From NCBI RefSeq assembly GCF_009914755.1, contig NC_060947.1: a DNA stretch of 64,000 nt; one strand, written 5' to 3'. A program made the position numbers and the translations under genes. A model generated the notes under the pieces. It did not search any database, had not been told where the DNA came from, and worked only from the letters and a program-made list of their open reading frames with translations. The DNA comes from the human T2T-CHM13v2.0 reference genome, Homo sapiens. Shown one piece after another: positions 28,704 to 44,820 of this stretch; positions within the stretch are counted from its first letter, which is position 1, and every line of letters begins with the position of its first letter.

Positions 28704-30837
28704 GAGACTGATTTTTTCCTTTGGTAGTGCTTTTTCTATGGCTTCACCCACTTTCAGAGGTATTTTGCCTTGGAATCCTAATTTGATAAATTTTCCATCA
28801 ATATAGTTAATTAATTAAATCCTGAACAGTTGCTTCTAATAGTTGCCTATTGCAATTGTAATGAACAAAGCCATTTTGACAAAAAATAATCCTCAACTGG
28901 AAATTTTCACCAAATTTCAAACAAAATACTTACAGAAAAGGTAAAGGATTATAGAGATAATTTTAAAAATAAAAGACTAGTTATGTAATAAACTGTGAAT
29001 GATAAAAAATGCTTAAATAAAAGGGTTAAACAAAATTTAAGCTTGAAATCAAAAATGAAATACAAGATTTCATCAAATGAGTTTCTTTAACATCACAACA
29101 ATTAAGAATAAATAATGAAAGCTAAAACCATTAATAATTTAACTGATAAGCACATGTTTACTTTATAATGTGTAAAGACAGTCTTTCACTCCCAGCCCAT
29201 GCACAAATGTTGACAACACATTAGTCATTACATAAGTGACTATGCACTGCAAACATCACTAATCTGAAATGCTGTGCAAACATACATGTTTTAAAATTCA
29301 AATTGGTGTATTTTGTTTATTCTCTCTGTTACAGATGTAATATATTGTAGCTTTATCCTCTTAGCTCCATTATACAAGCGAGAAAAATATTTTTTTTTCT
29401 GCCTTACACACTCACACATCTGATGGCATGTTGCAAAGACACATATCCTTTATCTGTTTTGGTGTTGCTTTTGTTCTGAGGCAGGTTCAAATAATGCCAA
29501 ACAGAAGTGACATTTGTAGAATACTTATTTGATAATAAAAATAGTGGAATTAAACTTGAACCACAAGTAATGTTTACAAACAACCCTGAAGTTGTAATTT
29601 TTCATTCATTATCCGTGCTTGTTATTTTTTTAAAAAAGAATGAAAGTACTACTGAACAATTGATAAATAGACTAATAGGGATTCTGAGACACAAAGCATA
29701 GTGGAGAAGAATAAACCCCTCAATACATTGTAATCTTCAAATTACATTTTTTTTTTTTTGGTTAGGAATGAAATCACCAGATTGTGCTTTTTCCACTTAA
29801 TGTGAAAAGACATTTCACAATATGTTACTTATCTTAGTTAAAGAAATGTTGGCAATGTTCTACAAATATTGTGTCTGTTATAATTTAAAAAGACATGCCA
29901 GAATGCAATGTAAGAAAGTTTCATATATTTATCTAAGAGAAGTTCAAATCCAAACTTCAACTGAAGATGAGAAAATCCCTTATCAGTCTTAAAGACTTTA
30001 GTTCACATAGCTTCTAGAGCTTGATAAGAAACTGAATATGCTTTCTATTTTTTGGATCCTTTTAAATGGTATATATTTAACAATACCCAGCTGCTCCTAC
30101 TCAAGTCTCATTTAACCTTCTGTCTGTCTGAAGACCAGTAGATTTTAAAGGAAAAACTAAGACTTTAAAATTGAACCTCCTGGGGTAGTCTAAAGCCATG
30201 TACCAGATGATTAGTGTAGAAAATGGCTCAATTTATAAGTGTGCAACTCTAAGTCCTATTTAGCTTGTATAATGAATTATAAAAATAACGAGTTTGAGTT
30301 GTTTCACTTATTTAGCCTTTTCCCTCAAAATGAAATGTTACAATGAAAACAATTAAATGGGGAAAAATGATGCCATCATAATTATTGGCCTTAAGTGAAG
30401 ACTGCTTATTATTTGTACCAATACCTCTAGTTCTCCTAGGAAAAAAATGTGAGGTCAATATTTTGGTTCACATTTTAAAGCTCGAATGGAAGATTCAGAT
30501 AACCAATAAATGGAGCATGAAAAGAAAGGACAAATGCTAAATTAGAAAAATTCTTTATGTAGACTGCTATTTCCATTCATGTCCAAATAAAAATAAATTA
30601 CCTTCAGCATGAATCAATCTAAATTGTCAACTGAATTCTGAACTAAGATGATTTCTCTACAGATAATAAGCATATTACATATATTTACACAATTTACAAC
30701 AGGTAAATATAAACATTATGTTAAAAAGAGTTTCATTTCACTGGGAAAAGAAACATATTTATTTAAGCTTATATACAGTAAGAACTTTTTTCATGTTTAT
30801 GTAACAAAATTGTAGATTTCCCAACTTAAGTATGCAT

Positions 30838-31282
30838 GGCATACATATATATGTGTGTATATATATATATATATATACACACACACATATATATGTATAT
30901 ATGTGTGTACACATATATGTACAAACACATATACATAGATAAATATCTATGTATCTATACTTTTGTCTACAAAAGTATACTCTACTCAACATATGTAAAG
31001 TATACTTAAAGATTATAAATAGCTCAAAAGAAATACAATTCCTCACTCTAAAATCCAAAACAAAAAGAATCACCAATATTTCAAACAACAAAGCCATAAA
31101 TGTATTTCAGACATTGTATGTCTGTATACATATATGTATTTCAGACATTGTATGTCTGTATACATATATGTATTTCATAAATATCTATGTATATATACAT
31201 ATATAAATATCTATGTATATATATACATGTATATCATGAATATATATACACACAAATAAGTATACTTGTATATGTGCATATG
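30838..31282. repeat. Compound (TA)/(CA)/(TG) simple repeat containing an ectopic ERV-internal copy
   Basis: Alternating purine-pyrimidine tracts at 30838-30960 and 31113-31282. Confidence 0.85.
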
Positions 31283-31430
31283 TCTACCAATAGTATGCAT
31301 TTATGTAATTGTAAAATATGAAGAATTACTAAAAAGAAATAATTGTTACTTTGTTACAAAGCTTACATACCAGGTGCATATGCATCAACCTTATGAAATA
31401 TATTACAAACCTCACGATTTTAAGTGCTTT

Positions 31431-31895
31431 TGTTACTGAAACACCAGGGGTTCAATCTAAGTCTTTCTGCTCACCACATACAAAACCAATCACTGAGACA
31501 ATTAGTGCCAAGAAAGAAGACTTTAATCAGGTGCTGCAGCCAAAGAGCTGGGAGATCAGTCTCAATTCCATCTACCTGAACAACTAAAACTAGGGATTTA
31601 TATACCCCTAGTTTTAGTTCTACCCTATGGAAGAAATATAATGATGTTTAAGAAAACAGGAACTAGTGAGGGGCAAGGAAGTAATCATGGTGAATGAAGG
31701 GTCTGGCATCTCATTGTCTGGATGTGGTAATCTGGTGAGTTTCAGTTCTTTGATACATTCCCAGGAGGCCTGGGAATCCTTTCCTGAGGAAGGAACTCAG
31801 ATAAAACAAATGTAAGTTTCAAACTTTAAGACCAGAAGGGTCAATTTCTATGATTATAAAAAAAATCTATCTATGGGACTAGTGGATATGTTTCA
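31431..31895 (-). mobile_element. 3' LTR of the MER4-group provirus
   Basis: tgttactgaaacaccaggggttc ... atgtttca ends; adjacent PPT. Confidence 0.85.
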
Positions 31896-33437
31896 GATCC
31901 CTCTTTCTATTTATCAGTTCCTCACTTATGGGGAATCTTGTCATCAATCTTTCTGCCTGCTTCATGCTGAGGAGGAGCATCATGGGCAGCTCCATACTAT
32001 AGGTGACCTCATGGCCACCTGGGAATCAAAGGTTAATCTAATACCATAATTTTTTTCTGAAACACAATATTTTTCCCTCCATCCCCCAACTTCCACCAAA
32101 GACAAATCACAGCAGAACCAATATACCTACAAAATTCGCTTTAGTCCAATATACATGGTCTGATTACCCACACAAAGTGTAACAGGGATCATTATCCATA
32201 TAGGTTATCCTAAATTGGCTTTGCTAGAACCACTCACAAGGCCATTTCAGTCAAAGCCCTGAGAAAATAACCAATTCCTCCAACTGTGTCTCATTATGAA
32301 AGAAAACATTTTTGTTAACTATATGCAAAAAAGCCACATTGCCATGAATTAAGAATATTCACAAATAGACTACAAATTCTGGAGAAATTAGGCAGACAGA
32401 GAAATGTGCCTCGAATTTTGTTTACAAAAGTATACTCAGTATTTGTAAAGTATACTTAAAGACTATAAATAGCTCAAAAGAAATAAAATTCCTCAGACTC
32501 TAAAATCCAAAAGAAAAAGAACCACCAATATTTCAAACAAAGCCATAAATGTATTTCAGACCTTCATTAGTTTAGCCCATGTGATAAACTTCTGCTCTGC
32601 CTTATATTGGGTTAGCAATCTTTCTGAGCACATCAGCCTTTCAATTAGTGCCTTGGAAGTTTTCTCTCTAATCCAATGGCACAGTCTCCAAACTTACCAG
32701 AAACCTGCATTCAAGAGTCCTTTTCATGAACTTCCCCAAAGAAACAAGTTCTGGACTGTAGCTGGTGATAAGTCCCTTTTTGAGAAGGATCAAAGCAAAC
32801 AACAATTGTGGGTGACAAAAGTCTTAAGACATCCATAGTTAAAGACACAGTTGACAAAGAAATTTGATTATTTCTGTGTCATGCAAGTTAACATAATACT
32901 CTTGTTACTGATAATGTATATTAAGACATATCAGAATTTTAGGAATCTCATACAATCCTGGAACACATATTAACAACACATCAATATGAATACAACCCAA
33001 AGGAAGCTAAACACTACCTCAGAGTGATAATGCTTCCTGCATAATTCTAACATAACAAATAAACCTATTAAATTTAATATGTCTCCCTTGAACTTCAGTG
33101 AATCTAATATCTAAAAAAATTAGTTTGAGATCAAAAAGCCTGAATTTAGAAGTTGAAATTTCACTCTTGGGAGGTTTTCCAAATATCAAAGTTTTAAGAC
33201 ACGTGATATAACAAAATAGGATCACAGGTAACTATAAAATAGGCATTCATTTGGCAAAAGGGATAAAACAAAAAATGTTTACCTTTTGATAGAAAGGAGA
33301 CTCAATTTCTCAAACAATAAGACCTAATAAAGATAGCATGACACCAACTAAATCTGTCTCTCCCCGCCTCCATTTTTTTCCCCTGTAGTTTGTTCTAAAG
33401 GTAAACAAAATATTTTCTCTTCTTAATATTACACAAA

Positions 33438-33690
33438 CAATGAGAACACATGGACACAGGAAGGGGAACATCACACTCTGGGGACTGTTGTGGGGTGGGG
33501 GGAGGGGGGAGGGATAGCATTAGGAGATATACCTAATGCTAAATGACGAGTTAATGGGTGCAGCACACCAGCATGGCACATGTATACATATGTAACTAAC
33601 CTGCACGTTGTGCACATGTACCCTGAAACTTAAAGTATAATAATAAATAAATAAATAAATAAATAAACTAGATGATGAGGACAAAAAAAA
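33438..33690 (+). mobile_element. L1PA3-like 3' UTR-only insertion with short 3' transduction
   Basis: G-rich tract, gatagcattaggagatatacctaatgctaaatgacgagttaatggg, (AATA)n tail; TSD attacacaaaca at 33428-33439 and 33691-33702. Confidence 0.93.
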
Positions 33691-33841
33691 ATTACACAAA
33701 CATTTTGTCTAAAAGAGAAAACCAAAATTTTACCTTTGTATGGGGTATTATTAATGTTAAAGTGAATTTTAATAAAACCTCGTAAACAAATCTGTTTTAT
33801 AATTTTTATCAGTTTGACCATAATGTAAAATTTTCATAAAC

Positions 33842-34144
33842 TTTTTTTTTTTTTTTTTTGAGACAGAGTCTCACTTTCTCACCGAGGCTGGAGTGAAGTG
33901 CTGTGATCTTCACTCACTGCAACCTCTGCCTCCCGGGTTAAAGCGGTTCTCATGTCTCAACCTCCAGAGTAGCTGGGATTACAGGCGTACGCCAACACAC
34001 CCGGCTAATTGTTTTTGTATTTTTAGTAGAAATGGGGTTTCACCATGTTGGCAAGGCTGGTCTCGAACTCCTGGCCTCAAGTGATCCGCCCACCTCAGCC
34101 TCCCAAAGTGCTGGGATTATAGACGTGAACCACCATACCCAGCC
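33842..34144 (-). mobile_element. AluSz/Jb-like element
   Basis: Antisense Alu with ctcctggcctcaagtgatcc; TSD tcataaactttt. Confidence 0.93.
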
Positions 34145-34878
34145 TCATAAACTTTTTATAACCTTTTGCAATTTTTTATGAAAATGCACATCAATGCTCC
34201 AAAAACAAAACCCTGTCATTCTGACACAAGGGCTCAGACACTGGCCTTGCATCAGTGTGCTGTTGATATTAATGCTTAATATGTAAACACAATGAACTAA
34301 TCGCTTCTAACAATCTCATGTACCCCCTCTTCTGTGATAGTCCCTGGGTCTAGAATAATTAAATAGTTTCAGTTTCTAGGCTTGTGTCTCACAAAAGCAG
34401 TTCATTTTGATTGTCACCTTCTCTAGCGTCTGAAAACGGGATTTGACAGGTGTAAATGCACAAAATTTATCAAGGGTTGCTGCTTTCTTCAGACCCAGGA
34501 TTCAAAGCCCTGTAACTTAATAGTACAAGGATTAGTTAATAATAGGATATTTATACTACAGAAAGTCCTATCGTACTGTCTTACATGTTACAAATTAAAA
34601 CAATGTGATTTGGTGTTTAGGAGTTAATGCCTGCAGCCCTTCAAACCACTGTATCATATTAGTTAGGTTATTCTTTGCATATGTCTAATTGCTAGTATTC
34701 TAGTGATAGAACTGTGACCAAAAGCATCAAAAAGTGATGGGTTCTATGCCAAACTTATGGAGGAAAGACACCTAACTTTTCTCTCCATCAAAAAAAGGTA
34801 AATACAAATATCAGTTTAGAAAACTCAACATGAGAATAAATATCTTTCACTTAAATATTATACAATAAAACAGGAATG

Positions 34879-35199
34879 GGCCAGGCGCAGCGGCTCACAC
34901 CTGTAATCCCAGCACTTTTGGAGGCCGAGGCAGGTGGATTGCCTGAGCTCAGGAGTTCGGGACCAGCCTGGGCAACACAGTGAAACCCCGTCTCTACTAA
35001 AATACAAAAAATCAGCCAGGCTTGGTGGTGTGCACCTGTTGTCCCAGCTAGTTGGGAGGCTGAGGCAGGAGAACTGCTTGCACCCAGGAGGTAGAGGTTG
35101 CAGCGACCGAGATTGCGCCAGTGACTCCAGCCTGGGTGACAGAGCAAGACATTGTCTAAAAAAAAAAAACAAAAAAACAAACAAACAAAAAAAAAAAAC
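34879..35199 (+). mobile_element. Alu (S/J class)
   Basis: Full dimer with A/C-rich tail; ggattgcctgagctcaggagttc. Confidence 0.93.
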
Positions 35200-35401
35200 A
35201 CAAGCAAAGTAACAAGCACACAGTAATTTTTTTCAGCTATTTAAAAGAGCATCATCACACATTTCCAAGACTTGTTTCTGGATACATTACTGACAACTTA
35301 TTAGATAACTTTCAGCACTAAAATCTTCAGGCCAGTACAACACTTGTACATATTTTTTTTTTCAAGTACGCACATGATTGCCCATCAATGAAAACTGGCT
35401 T

Positions 35402-35441
35402 TGAAGTCAGTGAGACCAAGAACCCACCAATTCCAGACACA
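35402..35441 (+). mobile_element. 40-bp remnant of the LTR12 (ERV9) 3' terminus with 4-bp TSD
   Basis: tgaagtcagtgagaccaagaacccaccaattccagacaca matches the recalled LTR12 end; flanked by gctt/gctt. Confidence 0.8.
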
Positions 35442-37936
35442 GCTTGGGATCAAAAATCACTAGAAAGTCTCATATTTTATTACCACTTAATCTAAGTAAT
35501 GTTACTTAATTTTAATAATGGTAAACACAACTAAAGTAGTTTGAGAAAAATCTCAATATAATTTCCTTAAGGACAAAGCTAATCTTTTCTGAACACTAAA
35601 CCTTTATATCCATATCACAGTTTTTTTCTTTTATTAAAGTAAGAGGAAATCAACTCAAATTATTGATTTCAATGAACTATCTTGGAAATAAACACTATTT
35701 AAACATATCTAATCTCATCTTCTTTTTCAAATAACAAAATGTATAATGTATTGTTTCTGTTCAGAACATATAAAAATAACTCTTTTATTTTTTGTTTTTT
35801 TGGCCAGTAAGTATAAAGCTCTTGTAGCTCTCTAGATCATCAGAGGTAAGTAAAAGCAACCAAATTTTAAGTGGCTGGCGTGTTCTATCAATTTTTGCAG
35901 GCTTTGCAAATGTAGCTTAGGAATATAAGATGAATTCAACAAATGATGTCTTGTTAGAAATGCATAGAAATCAAAATGACTATTCATGGAACCAAAGAAA
36001 AGCCTTCCATTAGAAATTAAAAAACATAAATAATCTTATCAAGTAAAGCCCAAAGGAGAACAAACAACAAATAAAATCAAAAAATTAGAAACAAAAACAG
36101 GAAATAAACAGAAAAGCAATCCCTAAATTATCTCCTATGTAGTGTATCTTGGAGGTTGAAGTGATACCCACAGAGAAAAAAAAATCACGTGGTAAATATT
36201 TTACTCCCGATACACAATTTAACATCTTTAAGTTCCCCAACACTACTACATAGTTTGTGCAATTAAGATGCAATTAAGAAATTCACTTTAGGTGCATGAC
36301 CAGTAAGTACCCTAGTGGTCATACTATCTATGCAGAATCTCAAATACAGTGTGAAGCAATACAAAAATGCATGTGAAATTTGGCTCTGTGCTAAATCTGG
36401 CTTCATGCTTAGCTATATTTTTAGAAACTGCCAAACTGCCAATGTATTTTTTACATTACTTATTATTTTGCCTTCATCAAGAGTAAGGGCATTAGGTATG
36501 AGCAGTTAATTAGCCAAATTTCTCAACTTTTCTATTAGGTCTAAAAAATATTTTATTATCTAAACTTTTTCAATTTCCTATTTTCTCTGTATGTACCTGA
36601 AGACAGACACACAGAGAAACAGGAAAAACTACATATGATTTACACAGACCATCTACAATATGCTTAGACTTTGTTTCGTCCCAGATTTATTTTTAATAAA
36701 CAGTCATTTTACCTTAGGACAAAAATTCACCATACAAGATCTTTTCTCGTATAAATTATTCTCTTCTTTATAACCCTCCTTACCAAAAATACACCTTCAT
36801 GTTCATAACTTTCTTCAAATCTGTCTCACTTACTTACTGGGTCCTTACTACCATGTTTCATAAATAACACTTTTAAGTTCATAATTTGAATTAACTTTTT
36901 GATAACTTCTGAATTAGACAAATGCTTTCTTTCTCTCACTAAAAACACATCTTTCGGTATATATATATATATGTATATATTCATTTTTTAATTATACTTT
37001 AAGTTCTAGGGTCATTGTGCACAACGTGCAGGTTTGTTACATATGTATACATGTGCCATGTTGGTGTGCTGCACCCATTCACTCATCATTTACATTAGGT
37101 ATATCTCCTAATGCAATCCCTCCCCCTCCCCCCACCCCACGACAGGCCCCGGTGTGTGATGTTCCCCACCCTGTGTCCAAGTGTTCTCACTGTTCAATTC
37201 CCAGCTATGAGTGAGAACATGTGGTGTTTGGTTTTCTGTCATTGCGATAGTTTGCTCAGAATGATGGTTTCCAGCTTCATCCATGTCCCTACAAAGGACA
37301 TGAACTCATCCTTTTTTATGGCTGCATTGTATTCCATGGTGTATATGTGCCACATTTTCTTAATCCAGTCTATCACTGATGGATATTTGGGTTGGTTCCA
37401 AATCTTTGCTATTGTGAGTAGTGTCACAATAAACATACGTGTGCATGTGTCTTTATAGCAGCATGATTTATAATCCTTTGGGTATATACCCAGCATTGGG
37501 ATGGCTGGGTCAAATGGTATTTCTAGTTCTAGATCCTTGAGGAATTGCCACACTGTCTTCCACAATGGTTGAACTAGTTTCCAGTCCCATCAACAGTGTA
37601 AAAGTGTTCCTATTTCTCCACATCCTCTCCAACACCTGTTGTTTCCTGACTTTTTAATGATCGCCATTCTAACTGGTGTGAGATGGTATCTCATTGTGGT
37701 TTTGATTTGCATTTCTCTGATGGCCAGTGATGATGAGCATGTTTTCATGTCACTGTTGGCTGCATAAATGTCTTCTTGTGAGAAGTGTCTGTTCATATCC
37801 TTCGCCCAATTTTTGATGGGGTTGTTTGATTTTTTCTTGTAAATTTGTTTAAGTTCTTTGTAGATTCTGGATATTAGCCCTTTGTCAAATGGGTAGATTA
37901 CAAAAATTTTCTCTCATTCTGTAGGTTGCCTGTTCA

Positions 37937-40534
<2,598 letters not shown>

Positions 40535-40813
40535 TTAACTTTCTGTCTCATGGATCTGTCTAATATTGACAATGGGGTGTTAAAGTCTCCCATTATTATT
40601 GTGTGGGAGTCTAAGTCTCTTTGTAGGTCTCTAAGGACTTGCTTTATGAATCTGGGTGCTCCTATATTGGGTACACATATATATAGGATAGTTGGCTCTT
40701 CTTGTATTTTGGTATATTTTATACAGACTTATATGTTAACTATAATTTTTATCCTTAGTAACCTTAAATTTTAGTCAAATCCTAAGAAGCAAGAAATACT
40801 GAAATATCCAGAA

Positions 40814-41472
40814 GGTTTTAACCAGGTGCCATAGCTGAGAAGATGGGAGTTCAGTCTCAAATCTATCTCCCTGACCAACTAAAACTAGTGGTTTATATAC
40901 CATAGAAGAAATGTTGCAATGTTTAAGAAAACAGGAACTAGGGAGGGGCAAGGAAGCAATCATATTGAATGAGGGGTCTGGCATTTCATAGTTTGGATGT
41001 GGTGATCTGATGATCTTCAGTTCTTTGATACTTTTTTCTTCAGAGGCCTGGGGATCCTTTCCTGAAGAAGGAACTCAGATAAAACAGTTTTGGCCGGGCG
41101 CAGTGGTTCATGCCTGTAATCCCAGCACTTTGGGAGGCCGAGGCAGGCGGATCATGAGGTCAGGAGATGGAGACCATCCTGGCTAACACGGTGAAACCCC
41201 GTATCTACTAAAAAATACAAAAAATTAGCCGGGCGTGGTGGCGGGCGCCTGTAGTCCCAGCTACTCAGGAGGCTGAGGCAGGAGAATGGCATGAACCCAG
41301 GAGGCGGGGCTTGCAGTGAGCAGAGATGTGCCACTGCACTCCAGCCTGGGTGACAGAGAGAGACTCCGTCTCAAAAAAAAAAAAAAAGTTTTAAGATCCG
41401 AAGAGTTAATTTATGTGTTCAGAAAACAAACAAACAAAAACACTAATCTATGGTACTATTGAGTCAGTTTCA
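40814..41472 (-). mobile_element. 5' LTR of the MER4-group provirus, with U5 end deleted and an AluY inserted
   Basis: Colinear with 31520-31895 (gggag...cagtctcaa, aaacaggaactag, aaggaactcagataaaaca); ends gtttca at 41472. Confidence 0.85.
41092..41387 (+). mobile_element. AluY
   Basis: cctggctaacacggtgaaacccc and gagaatggcatgaac; TSD aaaa(c/a)agtttt. Confidence 0.96.
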
Positions 41473-44076
41473 CTTACCATGATGGTCTCCGAAGATTGAA
41501 TAAACATCTGGCATGAAAGGATGAGGTACAGAGTCACAAATCAGGTCCCTTACCACTCATTGTACATTTGCAAGCATATACGAGATCTTAAAACTAATGT
41601 GGCATATCATACAGATCATAAAGAGAAAAATTAGGTATCAGAAATTACGTGAACTTAATGGTCCAAATTATCATTTAATGTTTAGCATTTTATATAAATT
41701 ATTTTGAGAATTACTAATATGGTAAGTAGGCAATAAAGAATGTTCTCCTTCATGGTAGAGAAAGTTTATAAGAAATATATTCCCCCAAATTATCAAGCTG
41801 TGTCCCTTTCGCACTTCTATCAAAAACAGCACATTGACGTACCCCAGCTAAAACTGCTCAGAAGTAAAATGAACAAACAAAACATGTGCTTGAACTCTGT
41901 TAACTTTACTTGTGTCAGCTCCAGTTTAAGAGCTACTTAAATTGTACATAAGAAAAATAATTGTATCTAAACATTCTTCTTCATAATATAGATTAGAATT
42001 TTTTTAAACTAAACTTGAAAATCTTTTATCCAAATTTTTATTCCTGCAGGATTAGAAATCTAGAGCGTGCTTAAAATTAAAATATCTAATTTAAGTATAT
42101 ATTTGATATTGTGTATAATAATTTTTATGTTTCTCTTAATTCTTTGTAAGAAAGTTTATAAGGTATTCTGAAATACGTGGCTAACATGTAGTTCATTATT
42201 CATGCATTTGCTTTAAATCAAATAGATATGCCTCAACCTAAAATTACCATAAATGATTATCATTTACTTATAATAAGCTGAGTCTAGTCATTAGAACATA
42301 TAAATTTCTTAGACCTGAGAAGCTATTTAATAGATGGTTTACATGCTCATCCAGGTTTGCGTCCTAAAAATCCTACACCATTCAATGTGAAAATTGATGC
42401 ATATTATAAAGTGTTGTCAGTCTATTATTAGATATTTAGTAAGTTCACAAATTGTGGAATCTAGAGCAAGGAACAATATTTCTCTGTGTTTCAGCTTTTG
42501 AGGTACATTAATGCTGTCTATCTTTAACATTATAAGTAACAAAATATAAATCCAATGGGGAATAAATAATGGACAATAATAACATTAGGAAGACCTAACT
42601 ACATTTCTATCAAGACTCTTCAACAGTAATTATACTGACATCTTTATATAATTGTATAACAATTAGATTAATGTGTATAAAAAGGCATGCCATTAATAAA
42701 GATATAATTAGATTTGAAATTCCACTTCACAGAGTTTAAATTCAGTCTTATTAAAAGCTTGAAATCAAGAGATAAATATTGGGTTCTATAACATTTGCAT
42801 TCATAAAATGAAGTACTATTATCAGTTCCATGTTCTCAATAAGTATATTAGTAATTTTGCTTGTTGGAAGGGTAAAAGCTACCAAGATTATAGTCTGTCA
42901 ACATTGTAAATGAATATTCATGTACCTACAATGTACCCTGTGACTAAATTTAAATTAATGATTCAATTAACTCTAGATTTAAAATGTTATTTGTTAATAT
43001 ACGCATACAAATATTTTTATTTGTTTGTTTCTGCATATATCAGCTTGAATGATGTGCGCTGGGACTTAAAATGACAGCTGTGTAATTAGGAGTTTCGTGC
43101 TATATATATCAAACATTCCAGAAAAAGATGGTAGTAATTCACGATTATACTTTAAGAAACTTGAAGATACTCAATGTTCTGTTCTAGCCTTTTTATAGAA
43201 GACAATTTGCAATACATATTTAAAGAAATTTTATTAAGTAGTGTAAAAATGGATCCTGAAAACAGATTATTTTTATTATATAAGCTAAGCTTCAAAATAC
43301 AAACATCAAAACAGACTATAACTTTTAAATAATATTTAATGTAATCTTTGACTTTTTCCCAAGATTTGTGAATCAATGAATTTTTCTATTTGCATTTATA
43401 TTGTAATATCTACCTGTAGACAGTCTCAAAAGACTTCAACTTTGCTCAGTAAAATCACTGAATTGGAGCCACTTATGGCGTATACTCATTTCTGAATTAC
43501 AAAGTAGGTATTGAAGTAAGTAGAGACTAATATGCACTTTGTAGGAAATTTGCACACGAGAAAATTACTTGACTTTTTTTCTAAATTTGAATATTGTGTT
43601 GAGTGAATATGTAAAAAGGACTAAGCAGCACAGACAGGTGTTGTACAAATGAAAACTCTACTTTGAACAAAGCATGAGCTTTTTCATTTCTGAAATATTT
43701 ATTGTATTACTATGATGAGTCTCTCGAAAGTAAAACCCTTTTGCAATTTATCTAATTTTTGTTTTAGGGAGTATTTGTTCATTTTAATGTTTTAGAGGGT
43801 TACAGTTTTTATTTGGATTAAACTATGAAGTAAAATAGAGAAACATAAATTTGAATTATTTGAATTTGTGGATCAATATATTTAAAATGTATGAGATTAT
43901 AGGTATGATTCTGTCAGATTTCTGATTTTCAAAGGAGAGCAGATTGCAAAAATGGTAATTCTAATTAGGGAGATAAACTATGAATTAATTTTATAAAAAA
44001 TAAAAATCAAACTGGTAATAGCAAATTAAGTAACCTCCCCCGAGCACACCTACAAAAGCTGAGATATATACCTCTG

Positions 44077-44084
44077 TATCTATC

Positions 44085-44133
<49 letters not shown>

Positions 44134-44186
44134 ATCTGTCATCTATCTATCTATCTCTATTTATCAATCTATTGATCTGTCTATCT
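44077..44186. repeat. (TCTA)n compound tetranucleotide microsatellite
   Basis: Long perfect TCTA core with degenerate flanks. Confidence 0.95.
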
Positions 44187-44204
44187 GGATGCTCAGTGAG
44201 GTGA

Positions 44205-44392
44205 GCCTAATGTTGTCACAGTCTTCTTGGAACTGAACCTAATCGAGGAGGCAACATCCCAACTCTTTTGCCATATTCTAATGATTACAAGTGAATCACC
44301 AGTTCTAGCTAAAACTCAAGGGGAGACAATTACACGAGGGCATTCCACAAAGGGCAGGGGTCAGAGTAGACCATTTTAGAGACTCTGCCGCA
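44205..44392 (-). mobile_element. MLT1F-like MaLR LTR fragment
   Basis: cttttgccatattcta...aagtgaatcaccagttctagc...actcaaggggag...ccattttagagactctgcc. Confidence 0.55.
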
Positions 44393-44820
44393 GTGGCCCC
44401 GGTGAACACAATTCATTTGCTTTCAGACTCAAAAGTGCTGATTTCCATGTTGAAAAGTGAATAAAAAGTAGGAAGCCTCCCAGAAAATTTATACTAGTTT
44501 TAGACCAATTCAATTCTTTAATTGGATTAAAGCTATCCAGGAGTGCTAAGGTTTGCAGTGTCTCTTAGGTCTAGTGATCTCTGGAAGCTGATAAAAGAAA
44601 AAGTATATTCTATCTGTTTAGTATGAGGTAGATCACATCAGACTAAACATCAAATTGGTTTTTCAAACAACTTTGCAAGTGAAAGATGCAGCATGCAGTA
44701 AGAAATGACCAGACATATGAGCATATGAGATGCAAAGATATTGATGAAAATCAACAGAACAAATTAGATAATGGAGCTAGAACTATAAGAGTTCTAAATT
44801 TTAAAATTATAAGGCACAGA

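Noticed and set aside
30759-31206. ORFs rich in Y/I/C/V/H (also at 16055, 20567, 44989)
   Set aside because: They are translations of simple repeats
31896-36950. Retroviral gag/pol/env coding potential in the ERV interior
   Set aside because: No long ORF or recognisable retroviral motif; it looks like non-autonomous MER4-type internal sequence
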